Source: an uncultured Acidobacteriaceae bacterium
GTDB lineage: Bacteria; Acidobacteriota; Terriglobia; Terriglobales; Acidobacteriaceae
NCBI GenBank assembly: GCA_964245235.1
Contig: CAXTLS010000013.1
Span: 564 to 64,563 of the forward strand
Length of the DNA: 64,000 nucleotides
Direction of reading: 5' to 3'
Within the stretch, counting starts at the first letter, position 1; each line of letters starts with the position of its first letter. Made by a program: the position numbers and the translations under genes. Under the pieces are notes generated by a model that made no database searches, was not told where the DNA came from, and saw only the letters and a program-made list of their open reading frames with translations. Shown piece by piece: positions 9,283 through 17,433 of this stretch.

Positions 9283-12200
9283 GTGCAGCTTCGCTTGCGT
9301 CTTGCGCTTCTTTCCTTTGCCCTGGTTCTACTTTGTGGCGTGCCGTGCGGGTTTTCCCAGGCGGTGAATGGCACCATGCTGGGAATGGTGACGGATAGCA
9401 CCGGCGCGACGGTCGCCAATGCAAAGGTGACGGTGACGGCGACCGAGACCGGCGTTGTCCAGGAGACAGTTACGAACGCGAGCGGCAACTACAGTTTGCC
9501 GGGGCTGCAGCCGGGGAACTACACGGTGACGGTCGAAGCGCCGGGATTCAAACGCGACTCGCACGAGCACATTGACCTGCTGAGCAACTCGTCGACCCGG
9601 GTGGACGTTGGTCTTGTCACGGGCAGCGCGAGTGAGACGGTGCTGGTTACGACGGCTCCGCCGTTGCTACAGACGGATCGCGCGGATATCAGCACCAAGC
9701 TTGAGCAACAGCAGGTAGCTGACCTGCCGCTCGGCACCAATCGGAACTTTCAATCGCTGCTGAACCTGGTTCCGGGAACGACGCCGGCGACCTTTCAGCA
9801 CTCGCAGTTCTTCAACGCCCAGAGTGCGCTACAGACGGAGTCGAACGGGGTTCCACGCATGGGCAATCTGTACCAGATTGAAGGTATCGACGATGATGAG
9901 CGGACAGGGCTGCTGCAGATCATCATCCCTCCGGCGGAGGCTATTCAGTCAGTGGATATTTCGACAAACAATTTTGAAGCGGAGCTTGGGCGCGCAATCG
10001 GTGCAGTGACGAACGTGACGCTGAAGTCCGGCACCAACGCCTTTCACGGGTCGGCGTTTGAGTTCATCCAGAACAGCGCCGTGAATGCGCGTTCGTACTT
10101 CGCCGGCCCGCTGGGACACCTTTCGTATAACTACTTTGGCGGGAGTATTGGCGGTCCGGTGATCAAGGACAAACTGTTCTTCTTCGGCGACTATCTCCGC
10201 ACGTCAGATCATGAGGCGGTTTCGAATACGTTTACGCTGCCGCCGCCGTCGTTTTATACGCCGAATGCTGCCGGCTTCATCGATCTCAGCCCGCCGCTTA
10301 CCTCATCTGCGGGCCAGATCTACGATCCGGCAACGGGCAATCCGGATGGCTCGAATCGTGCGAAGTTTGCGAATAACCAGATTCCGATCAGCCGGGTGAA
10401 CCCGGTCTCGCTGGCGATAATGAAGCTGCTGCCGCAGCCCAACCAGAACCAGTCGAATCTCGCTGCACCGACAAACAACTACGTCACCAACCTGCCGTTT
10501 ACGAAGACGACGGACAGCTACGACATCAAGATCGATTACGCGCTGAATGAGAAGAACCATCTGAGCGGGCGCTACAGCTGGCAGCGGGTGCTGACCTATC
10601 AACAGGCGGCATTCGGTGCGTTTGCCGGTGGACCAGCGGGCGGCGGCTTCCAGGGTACGGGAAACCAGAAGGCGTACAGCACCGGGCTGAACTACGATCA
10701 CGTCTTTTCGCCGACGCTTTTTACGGAGGCGCGCTTCGGCGTGGCTCACCTGCATAACGATGCGCAGCCGAGTGATTATGGCTCGAACGACGCGACGACG
10801 CTCGGCGTTCCGGGTGTCAACATCAGCCCATTTACGAGCGGGCAGGTGGGGGTTACGCTTGGGAACTTTTCGAGCCCGATCATCGGCTACTCGGCTTCGG
10901 TGCCCTGGATTCGCGCTGAGGCAAACATCGATTTTGTGAATAACTGGACGAAGACGATTCGCAACCACTCGGTAAAGTTTGGTGTCGACCTGCGCCGGGT
11001 GCGGGACGACCTGCTGCAGGACCAGACGTTCAGTCCACGCGGCGCGTACACCTTTGGGGAGAATCAGACGGCGTCGATCTTCAGCGGGGTCGGTACGAAG
11101 ACGAACGTGGCAAATGATATGGCGAGCTTCCTGCTTGATCTGCCGAGCCAATCGGGCCGCGATCTGAACACCTTCTTTCCGGCGTATCGGCAGTGGTGGT
11201 TCTTCGCCTTCGCAAGCGACAAATGGCTGGTGTCGCCGAAGCTGACGGTGGATCTTGGCGTGCGGTGGGAGTTTTATCCGCCAGCGACGCCGAAGATTGC
11301 AGGCGGGTTCTCGAACTACGATCCAACGACCAACCAGCTTGTACTGGCCGGGCTGGGCGGCAATCCTTCGAACCTTGGCGTGCAGACGCGGTATAACTAC
11401 TTTGCTCCGCGTACCGGCTTCTCGTACCGGGCGACGGACAACACGGTAGTTCGTGGCGGCTTTGGCCTGAGCTATACGCCGTTTCCGGATAACAGCTACG
11501 CGTATAACTACCCGGTGCGGGCGAACAACAGCTTTCAGCCGGGCTTTACCTATGGACCAGCACTGCTGAGCGATGGGACGACGTCCACCTTCGAGAAGGG
11601 CTTTCCGGTGCCGGTGCCGGTGGCAATTCCGGCAAACGGCGTGATCCAGATCTCTGCCACGACGACGCCGCAGCTCAACAGCCAAGCTTATAACGTCATT
11701 CCGCAGAACTACTACAATCCCTATGTTGAATCGTGGAACGTTGCAGTGCAGCAGGCGTTTCCAGGTGACCTCTCGTTTCAACTGGCGTATGTGGCGAACC
11801 ACGGTGTCCATATGCCGGTGGCGCAGAACATTAACTATCCGAGCTTTCTCGGAGGTGGGGTCGCGTCCGAGCCGGAAAACATTGCCTTCAAGCGGACCGC
11901 GGGAACGACGGTGCTGTATGCCGGCTTCTCTTCCAACTACCAGTCCATGCAGACGCAGCTGACGCGGCGTTTTTCAAAGGGCCTGTCGCTGACGAGCGCC
12001 TTCACCTGGAGCCGGACACTGAACTACGCCAGCGGGGATGATGGCGGGCTGCAGTTCTTCGCGGAGCTTCGTCGCAACTATGCGCCGGCGGACTACGATC
12101 GCACGCTGAACTACGAGCAGAGCTTTACCTATGAGCTTCCGGCAGGCCGGGGTCATCGCTACTTCAGCTCGGGGCCGGCACAGTTTGTTCTTGGCGGCTG

Positions 12201-12669
12201 GAAGGTCTCGGGCATTATCTCCGCTGTCTCGGGGTTGCCGTTCATTGTGAACGCCAACAGCGGCTCGCTGAACACGCCGGGGACGGCGCAGACGGCGAAC
12301 CTGGTCGGGGTGTATCGCAAGCTGAAGGGCATCGGCACGGCTCATCCGTGGTTTGATCCGACGGCATTCGCGCAGCCTACCGGAGTGACGGTCGGCAACA
12401 CGGGGCGAAACCAGTTCCGTGGTCCGGGCTATATCCAGGATAACTTTTCTCTCTTCAAGAGCTTTCCAATCTTCCGTGAGGCCTCGGCAGAGACACGGAT
12501 CGAGGGCTTCCAGCTGAGCAACACGCCGCAGTTTGCGAATCCGAATACCGGAACCCTGAGCGCGTCGAACTTCGGCACGGTGACCAGCACGCTAGGAAGC
12601 GGCCAGGGCAGCGTGAACGGTGTGGGCGGCGGCAGGACGCTGCAGGCGTCGGTAAAGATCCTATTCTGA
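9283..12669 (+). CDS. TonB-dependent receptor (Oar-like, N-terminal carboxypeptidase-regulatory-like domain)
   Basis: Signal peptide, G.VTDSTGA..., KSGTNAFHGSAFEF, C-terminal Phe; GTG start with GGAGG. Confidence 0.93.
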   Translation: MQLRLRLALLSFALVLLCGVPCGFSQAVNGTMLGMVTDSTGATVANAKVTVTATETGVVQETVTNASGNYSLPGLQPGNYTVTVEAPGFKRDSHEHIDLLSNSSTRVDVGLVTGSASETVLVTTAPPLLQTDRADISTKLEQQQVADLPLGTNRNFQSLLNLVPGTTPATFQHSQFFNAQSALQTESNGVPRMGNLYQIEGIDDDERTGLLQIIIPPAEAIQSVDISTNNFEAELGRAIGAVTNVTLKSGTNAFHGSAFEFIQNSAVNARSYFAGPLGHLSYNYFGGSIGGPVIKDKLFFFGDYLRTSDHEAVSNTFTLPPPSFYTPNAAGFIDLSPPLTSSAGQIYDPATGNPDGSNRAKFANNQIPISRVNPVSLAIMKLLPQPNQNQSNLAAPTNNYVTNLPFTKTTDSYDIKIDYALNEKNHLSGRYSWQRVLTYQQAAFGAFAGGPAGGGFQGTGNQKAYSTGLNYDHVFSPTLFTEARFGVAHLHNDAQPSDYGSNDATTLGVPGVNISPFTSGQVGVTLGNFSSPIIGYSASVPWIRAEANIDFVNNWTKTIRNHSVKFGVDLRRVRDDLLQDQTFSPRGAYTFGENQTASIFSGVGTKTNVANDMASFLLDLPSQSGRDLNTFFPAYRQWWFFAFASDKWLVSPKLTVDLGVRWEFYPPATPKIAGGFSNYDPTTNQLVLAGLGGNPSNLGVQTRYNYFAPRTGFSYRATDNTVVRGGFGLSYTPFPDNSYAYNYPVRANNSFQPGFTYGPALLSDGTTSTFEKGFPVPVPVAIPANGVIQISATTTPQLNSQAYNVIPQNYYNPYVESWNVAVQQAFPGDLSFQLAYVANHGVHMPVAQNINYPSFLGGGVASEPENIAFKRTAGTTVLYAGFSSNYQSMQTQLTRRFSKGLSLTSAFTWSRTLNYASGDDGGLQFFAELRRNYAPADYDRTLNYEQSFTYELPAGRGHRYFSSGPAQFVLGGWKVSGIISAVSGLPFIVNANSGSLNTPGTAQTANLVGVYRKLKGIGTAHPWFDPTAFAQPTGVTVGNTGRNQFRGPGYIQDNFSLFKSFPIFREASAETRIEGFQLSNTPQFANPNTGTLSASNFGTVTSTLGSGQGSVNGVGGGRTLQASVKILF

Positions 12670-12770
12670 TCTTCTAAGTGAAGCCGCTCCTCGGAGCACA
12701 GCGCCAGGCGCGGCCCGGATTGACTACACTGTTGCGAAAGCTGTATCGCCGGAGAAGGAAGGATTGCCTT

Positions 12771-13742
12771 ATGCCCATCATCACTCGTCGCAGCTTTGTC
12801 GCCAGGGCCTACACGGCCGCGGGGGCACTTGCCACGGCTCGGCGCAGCTTTGCCGCCATGGCTGCCGGCAGCCCGTTTCACATCGCGGTCATCTCGGATG
12901 AGATCTCGAACGACTTCGACCATGCCTGCTCAGTCATCGCGAATGACTTTGGCCTGCAGTGGGTGGAGCTACGGGGGATCGGCGGGAAAAATCTGCAGAA
13001 ACTCTCTGATGCGGAGATTGCGGACGCCAATAAAATTCTGACCAAGTACAAGCTGAAGGTGACAGACATCGCCAGCCCGTTGTTCAAGGTAGATTGGCCC
13101 GGGGCTCCACTTTCGAAATATGCCGAGCAGCGCGATCAGTTCGGCGCGGATGAGAACTTCAAGCAGCAGGATGAGGTACTCGCGCGGTCGATTGAGCTGG
13201 CCAAGGCATTTGGGACGAACAAGGTTCGGTGTTTTGATTTCTGGCGGCTTGAGGACGTGACGCCCTATCGGAAGGCGATCAATGACAAGCTGCAGAGCGC
13301 AGCAGAGACGGCCGGCCGGCAGGGCATCCTTCTGGTGCTGGAGAATGAGTTTGCCTGTAACACGGCTACCGGGCGCGAGTCTGCCGCGACGCTGGCCGGC
13401 ATTCCGTCGCGTCATCTTGCGTTGAATTGGGACCCGGGCAACGCAGTGATGCGGGGTGAACTGGACGCCTTTCCCGCGGGCTGGGAGGCGATCCCGAAGG
13501 ACCGCATCCATCACTGCCATTGCAAGAATGCGATCAAAGACGCTGCGGGTAAGACAGAGTGGGCACCGGTCGATAAGGGCTATATCGACTGGGCGGCACA
13601 GTTTCGCGCGCTCAAGCAGGCGGGCTATCGCGATGCGGTGAGCCTCGAGACACACTGGAAGGGCGGCGGCACACCGGAGGCCTCGACGCGCGTCAGCTGG
13701 GCCGGCATGAAGCAGGCCCTGCAGCAGGCGAATGCAATTTAG
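12771..13742 (+). CDS. Tat-exported sugar phosphate isomerase/epimerase (xylose-isomerase-like TIM barrel)
   Basis: TRRSF twin-arginine signal; ISDEIS, LENE, WDPGN, HCHCK, SLETH metal motifs. Confidence 0.85.
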   Translation: MPIITRRSFVARAYTAAGALATARRSFAAMAAGSPFHIAVISDEISNDFDHACSVIANDFGLQWVELRGIGGKNLQKLSDAEIADANKILTKYKLKVTDIASPLFKVDWPGAPLSKYAEQRDQFGADENFKQQDEVLARSIELAKAFGTNKVRCFDFWRLEDVTPYRKAINDKLQSAAETAGRQGILLVLENEFACNTATGRESAATLAGIPSRHLALNWDPGNAVMRGELDAFPAGWEAIPKDRIHHCHCKNAIKDAAGKTEWAPVDKGYIDWAAQFRALKQAGYRDAVSLETHWKGGGTPEASTRVSWAGMKQALQQANAI

Positions 13743-13751
13743 GCTTAGAGG

Positions 13752-14555
13752 ATGACCCAGGCGGCGACCTTCGATGTGGCTGCGGTTGAAGCTGGAATCC
13801 GGGCCACGCAGTTTGCCGGCCTCATTCACCACTTCCCTTCTGTCGGCTCGACCAGTACGCTGGCGCTCGAAGCCGCACAGGCCGGTGCGGCTGGCGGCGT
13901 CTGGACGGCCGATGAGCAGACTGCGGGCCGGGGACGCGGAGGTCATGCGTGGCACTCTGCGGCCGGCGATGGGCTCTATGTCAGTGTGCTCGTGCGGCCG
14001 CGGCTGGCGCTGGCGCTGGCCCTGCATCTCTCGCTGGCGACGGGTCTTGCAGCGCGGGCCGCCATCGCGGGGATGATCGGCCTGGAGCCGGATATTCGCT
14101 GGCCGAACGACCTCATTCTCCGTGGCAGGAAATGTGGCGGCATCCTGGTCGAGACCGCCATCGCTTCCGCGGCCAAGGGCGAGCCTGCGACGCTGCGGTA
14201 TGCCGTGATCGGGATCGGGATCAACGTCAACCACGCCGAGTTCCCCCTGGAGCTGGCATTACTGGCGACTTCGCTGCGGCGCGAGACGGGTACAGCATGG
14301 CTTCGGGAGCCTCTGTTGGCGGCGCTGCTGCGTGCGCTTGACCGGGAGATCCATCTGCTCGAAACAGACGCTGTTGGGCTTCTCCAGAGGTTCTCGAGCG
14401 CTTCCAGCTGGGTGCGGGGCAAGCGCGTCGAGGTGGACGAGGCGGGCGGCTATACTGGCGTCACGTGCGGCCTCACGGCGGATGGCTTCCTCATGGTCGA
14501 CGGCGATGATGGCGTGCGCCGTATAGTTCTCTCAGGCGGCGTCCGCAGCAGGTAG
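13752..14555 (+). CDS. birA: Biotin--protein ligase lacking the N-terminal HTH
   Basis: QTAGRGRGGHAW, WPND, KCGGILVE, GIGINV. Confidence 0.93.
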   Translation: MTQAATFDVAAVEAGIRATQFAGLIHHFPSVGSTSTLALEAAQAGAAGGVWTADEQTAGRGRGGHAWHSAAGDGLYVSVLVRPRLALALALHLSLATGLAARAAIAGMIGLEPDIRWPNDLILRGRKCGGILVETAIASAAKGEPATLRYAVIGIGINVNHAEFPLELALLATSLRRETGTAWLREPLLAALLRALDREIHLLETDAVGLLQRFSSASSWVRGKRVEVDEAGGYTGVTCGLTADGFLMVDGDDGVRRIVLSGGVRSR

Positions 14556-14579
14556 CCGCCGGGCGCAAGGGGAAAGACG

Positions 14580-15383
14580 ATGCTGCTGGCGATCGATGTA
14601 GGGAACTCCAACACGGTGTTCGCGCTGTACAAGCTGGGCACGGGCGGCGCGCCGGCGGAGGTTGCAGCGGACTGGCGGATGACGACGCCCTCCGGCCAGA
14701 CCACCGATGAGTTCGGCAGCACGCTTCAGAACATCTTCGTGCAGCGCAGCCTTGAACTGAGTGTCGTCGACGGGATCGCTGTCTCCTCGGTGGTGCCGCC
14801 GCTGGACTGGATGCTGCGCCAAGTCTGCGAACTTTACTTCAAGGTTAAGCCACTCTTTATTGAGCCCGGTGTGAGGACCGGTCTGCCGGTACTGACGGAT
14901 AACCCTGCGGAGGTCGGAGCGGACCGAATCGCCAACTGCGTTGCCGCGTTCGACAAGTTCGGTGGCCCGACCATCGTGGTCGACATGGGCACGGCGACCA
15001 CCTTCGATGTGATCTCGAAGAAGGGCGAGTTCCTTGGCGGGGCCATCGCGCCGGGGCTTGCAATCTCCGCAGAGGCGCTCTTTGCGAAGGCGGCGCGTCT
15101 GCCCCGCATCGAGGTAAAAAAGCCGGCGAAGGTGATTGGCACCGGGACGGTCGACAATATCCAGATCGGGCTCTATTACGGCTACATTGGCCTGGTCGAC
15201 GGCATTCTCGAACGCATGATCGCCGAGATGGGTTCTGAGACAAAGACGGTCGCGACGGGCGGCCTGGCGCGCCTGATCGCGGGCGGCTCGAGGTATCTGA
15301 AGAACGTTGACGACATGCTGACACTGACCGGCCTGCGCATCATCTACGAGCGGCACCTGGAGCGCAACCGCAAGCGCGCCTAA
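14580..15383 (+). CDS. coaX: Type III pantothenate kinase
   Basis: LLAIDVGNSNT, SSVVP, GADR, DMGTATT, GGAIAPG, ATGG. Confidence 0.95.
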   Translation: MLLAIDVGNSNTVFALYKLGTGGAPAEVAADWRMTTPSGQTTDEFGSTLQNIFVQRSLELSVVDGIAVSSVVPPLDWMLRQVCELYFKVKPLFIEPGVRTGLPVLTDNPAEVGADRIANCVAAFDKFGGPTIVVDMGTATTFDVISKKGEFLGGAIAPGLAISAEALFAKAARLPRIEVKKPAKVIGTGTVDNIQIGLYYGYIGLVDGILERMIAEMGSETKTVATGGLARLIAGGSRYLKNVDDMLTLTGLRIIYERHLERNRKRA

Positions 15384-15402
15384 AGCGCTCGTGAGCCGGG
15401 CC

Positions 15403-16116
15403 ATGCATAATTACTTCAATTACTTCACCGAGATCGAGGAGCGTTTCCAGCAGCGACGTGGCTCACTGCTGATGCTTTCGACGCTTGACTGGGCGCTGAT
15501 CGAGACGTGGCGCGAGGCGGGCATCCCGCTCGAGGCCGTGCTGCGCGGCATCGATGACGCGTTTGACAAGCATGACGCGAAAGTTCGCCGCGCGACTACA
15601 CGGCCGCGCAAGGTAAATGGGCTTGCCTGGTGCGCACAGGCGGTGATGGAGGCGGTCGAGCAGGCCAGAGAAGCTTCGATCGGCGCGGCCAGACCTGAGG
15701 ATGACTCTCGCGAGAGCGGCTTTGAGATGGAAAGGGTGGGGCAGTATCTGCTGGGGAACGCGGCGCGTATCGAGACCTCGGGGCTTCCTGCACCGGCGGA
15801 TGGGATCGCGGTCGAGATCAGCGCACGACTGCGAGGATTGGCGGAAGGCCTGCGGGTCGTGCCCACGACGTCGCTCGAGGAGCTCGATCGCACCTTGAGC
15901 GTCCTTGAAGAACGTCTCTTCGCGTCGCTGATGACGGCCGCTCCTGAGGCGGAACTCGTTGCCCTCAAGGAACAGGCGGCGCGCGAACTTGCACCGTATA
16001 AGGGCAAGATGCAGGCGGTGCAGATCAGGCAGGTACAGCAGCAGTTCCTGCAGAAGAAGATGCTCGAGATGCGGAATCTGCCGCGACTTAGTCTCTTCTA
16101 CATGAGCCTCGATTGA
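15403..16116 (+). CDS. Hypothetical protein with a DnaD-like helical N-terminal domain
   Basis: Co-oriented between coaX and rlmD, overlapping the rlmD start; LS..D...I..W...GIP.E.V..GI..AF pattern. Confidence 0.8.
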   Translation: MHNYFNYFTEIEERFQQRRGSLLMLSTLDWALIETWREAGIPLEAVLRGIDDAFDKHDAKVRRATTRPRKVNGLAWCAQAVMEAVEQAREASIGAARPEDDSRESGFEMERVGQYLLGNAARIETSGLPAPADGIAVEISARLRGLAEGLRVVPTTSLEELDRTLSVLEERLFASLMTAAPEAELVALKEQAARELAPYKGKMQAVQIRQVQQQFLQKKMLEMRNLPRLSLFYMSLD

Positions 16117-17369
16117 CGCAGATCCGCATCGATACGATGGTCTATGGCGGCACTGGCACTGGCGTGGCGAATGGCTCGCGTGTCGCTGTGCCGTTCACGC
16201 TACCGGGTGAGATCGTCGAAGTCGTGCAGATTGCAGGCCAGACCGGCGCCGCCGAGTTGGTTAAGATCCTGGAGCCGTCAAAGGACCGCATTGCGGCACC
16301 TTGTCCGCACTTTGGCCCATGTGGCGGCTGCCAATACCAGCACGCCGATTACCCAGCACAGGTGCAGATCAAGCTCGGGATCTTACGAGATACGCTGGAT
16401 ACGGCAGGACTTACAGGAGTGCCCGAGCCTCAGACTCATAGTGCGGAGCCGTGGGGCTATCGCAATCGCATTCGCCTCCGCGTGGCGACCATCGACGGTG
16501 CGCTGCGCTTTGGCTACAACCGGCGTGGCTCCTACGAGATGCTGGCCATCGTTGGGTGTCCCATCGCTGCGCCGATCCTGCTGCGCGCGGCTGAGGCTGC
16601 CCTGATTGTCGCCAGCGACTCCGTTGCGTGGACGCGCCAGCTCACGGAGATCGAGCTGTTTACCAATGGCGACCGGTCATCGCTGCAGATGACGTTTTTC
16701 CTCCGCAGTGAGCGCGGTATAGAATTGCAGGCCTTCTGCGGGCGGCTCAGGGCTAAGCTTCCGGAGCTCGCTGGAGCTGGAGTGATCGTCGTCGGCGACT
16801 CCGGTCGCAAGGAGCAGCCGGGCGCGCGCTGGGGCGCTTTAGGGCTGCAATATCGTGTCGCCGACCGCGACTACTGGGTAAGCCGCGGAAGCTTTTTCCA
16901 GGTGAATCGCTTTCTGGTGGACGCGCTCGTTCGGTTGGTTACGGCGGGGCGCAGTGGAGCGCTTGCGTGGGACCTGTTTGCGGGCGTGGGGCTCTTCTCC
17001 CGTGCGCTTGCCGGGAGCTTCAACGACGTTATCGGGGTCGAGACATCGGTGGGCGATCTCGCGGCTGTGCTGAAGACGGGAGCGGTCGGCGCAACGGCCG
17101 CTGATTTTTTGCGCGCCGCCGTCTTGCAGCGCGATCGGCCTGACCTGATCGTAATGGACCCGCCCCGCGCCGGGTTGGGCGTCGAGGTGTGCATTCTGCT
17201 CGGCCGTATTCGGGCACCGCAGATGGTTTACGTCTCCTGCGATCCGGAAACGCTCGCGCGCGACCTGAAGGCGATGGTAGACTCCGGCTACACGATCCAC
17301 GAGATCCATCTTGTCGATCTGTTTCCGCAAACGTTCCACATGGAGACAGTTGTCATTCTGAATCGCTAA
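16113..17369 (+). CDS. rlmD: 23S rRNA (uracil-5)-methyltransferase, RlmD/TrmA family
   Basis: CPHFGPCGGCQYQH Fe-S motif, SFFQVN, DLFAGVG, DPPRAG, YVSCDP, DLFPQTFHME. Confidence 0.88.
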   Translation: MTQIRIDTMVYGGTGTGVANGSRVAVPFTLPGEIVEVVQIAGQTGAAELVKILEPSKDRIAAPCPHFGPCGGCQYQHADYPAQVQIKLGILRDTLDTAGLTGVPEPQTHSAEPWGYRNRIRLRVATIDGALRFGYNRRGSYEMLAIVGCPIAAPILLRAAEAALIVASDSVAWTRQLTEIELFTNGDRSSLQMTFFLRSERGIELQAFCGRLRAKLPELAGAGVIVVGDSGRKEQPGARWGALGLQYRVADRDYWVSRGSFFQVNRFLVDALVRLVTAGRSGALAWDLFAGVGLFSRALAGSFNDVIGVETSVGDLAAVLKTGAVGATAADFLRAAVLQRDRPDLIVMDPPRAGLGVEVCILLGRIRAPQMVYVSCDPETLARDLKAMVDSGYTIHEIHLVDLFPQTFHMETVVILNR

Positions 17370-17433
17370 TCGCGACTGCGTGTCGCGACTCTCTGAAGGC
17401 CGCTACGTAGAGCAGCACTATAGCGGGGCATAG

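Noticed and set aside
7586-9424. 612-aa minus-strand ORF
   Set aside because: Antisense shadow of the lyase, hypothetical and receptor genes; Ser/Ala/Arg-rich with no motifs, as expected in GC-rich DNA.
10303-11811. 502-aa antisense ORF inside the TonB receptor (similar cases at 12969-14234, 24289-25392 and 44694-45911)
   Set aside because: Explained by codon bias on the coding strand suppressing antisense stops; no RBS or domain evidence.
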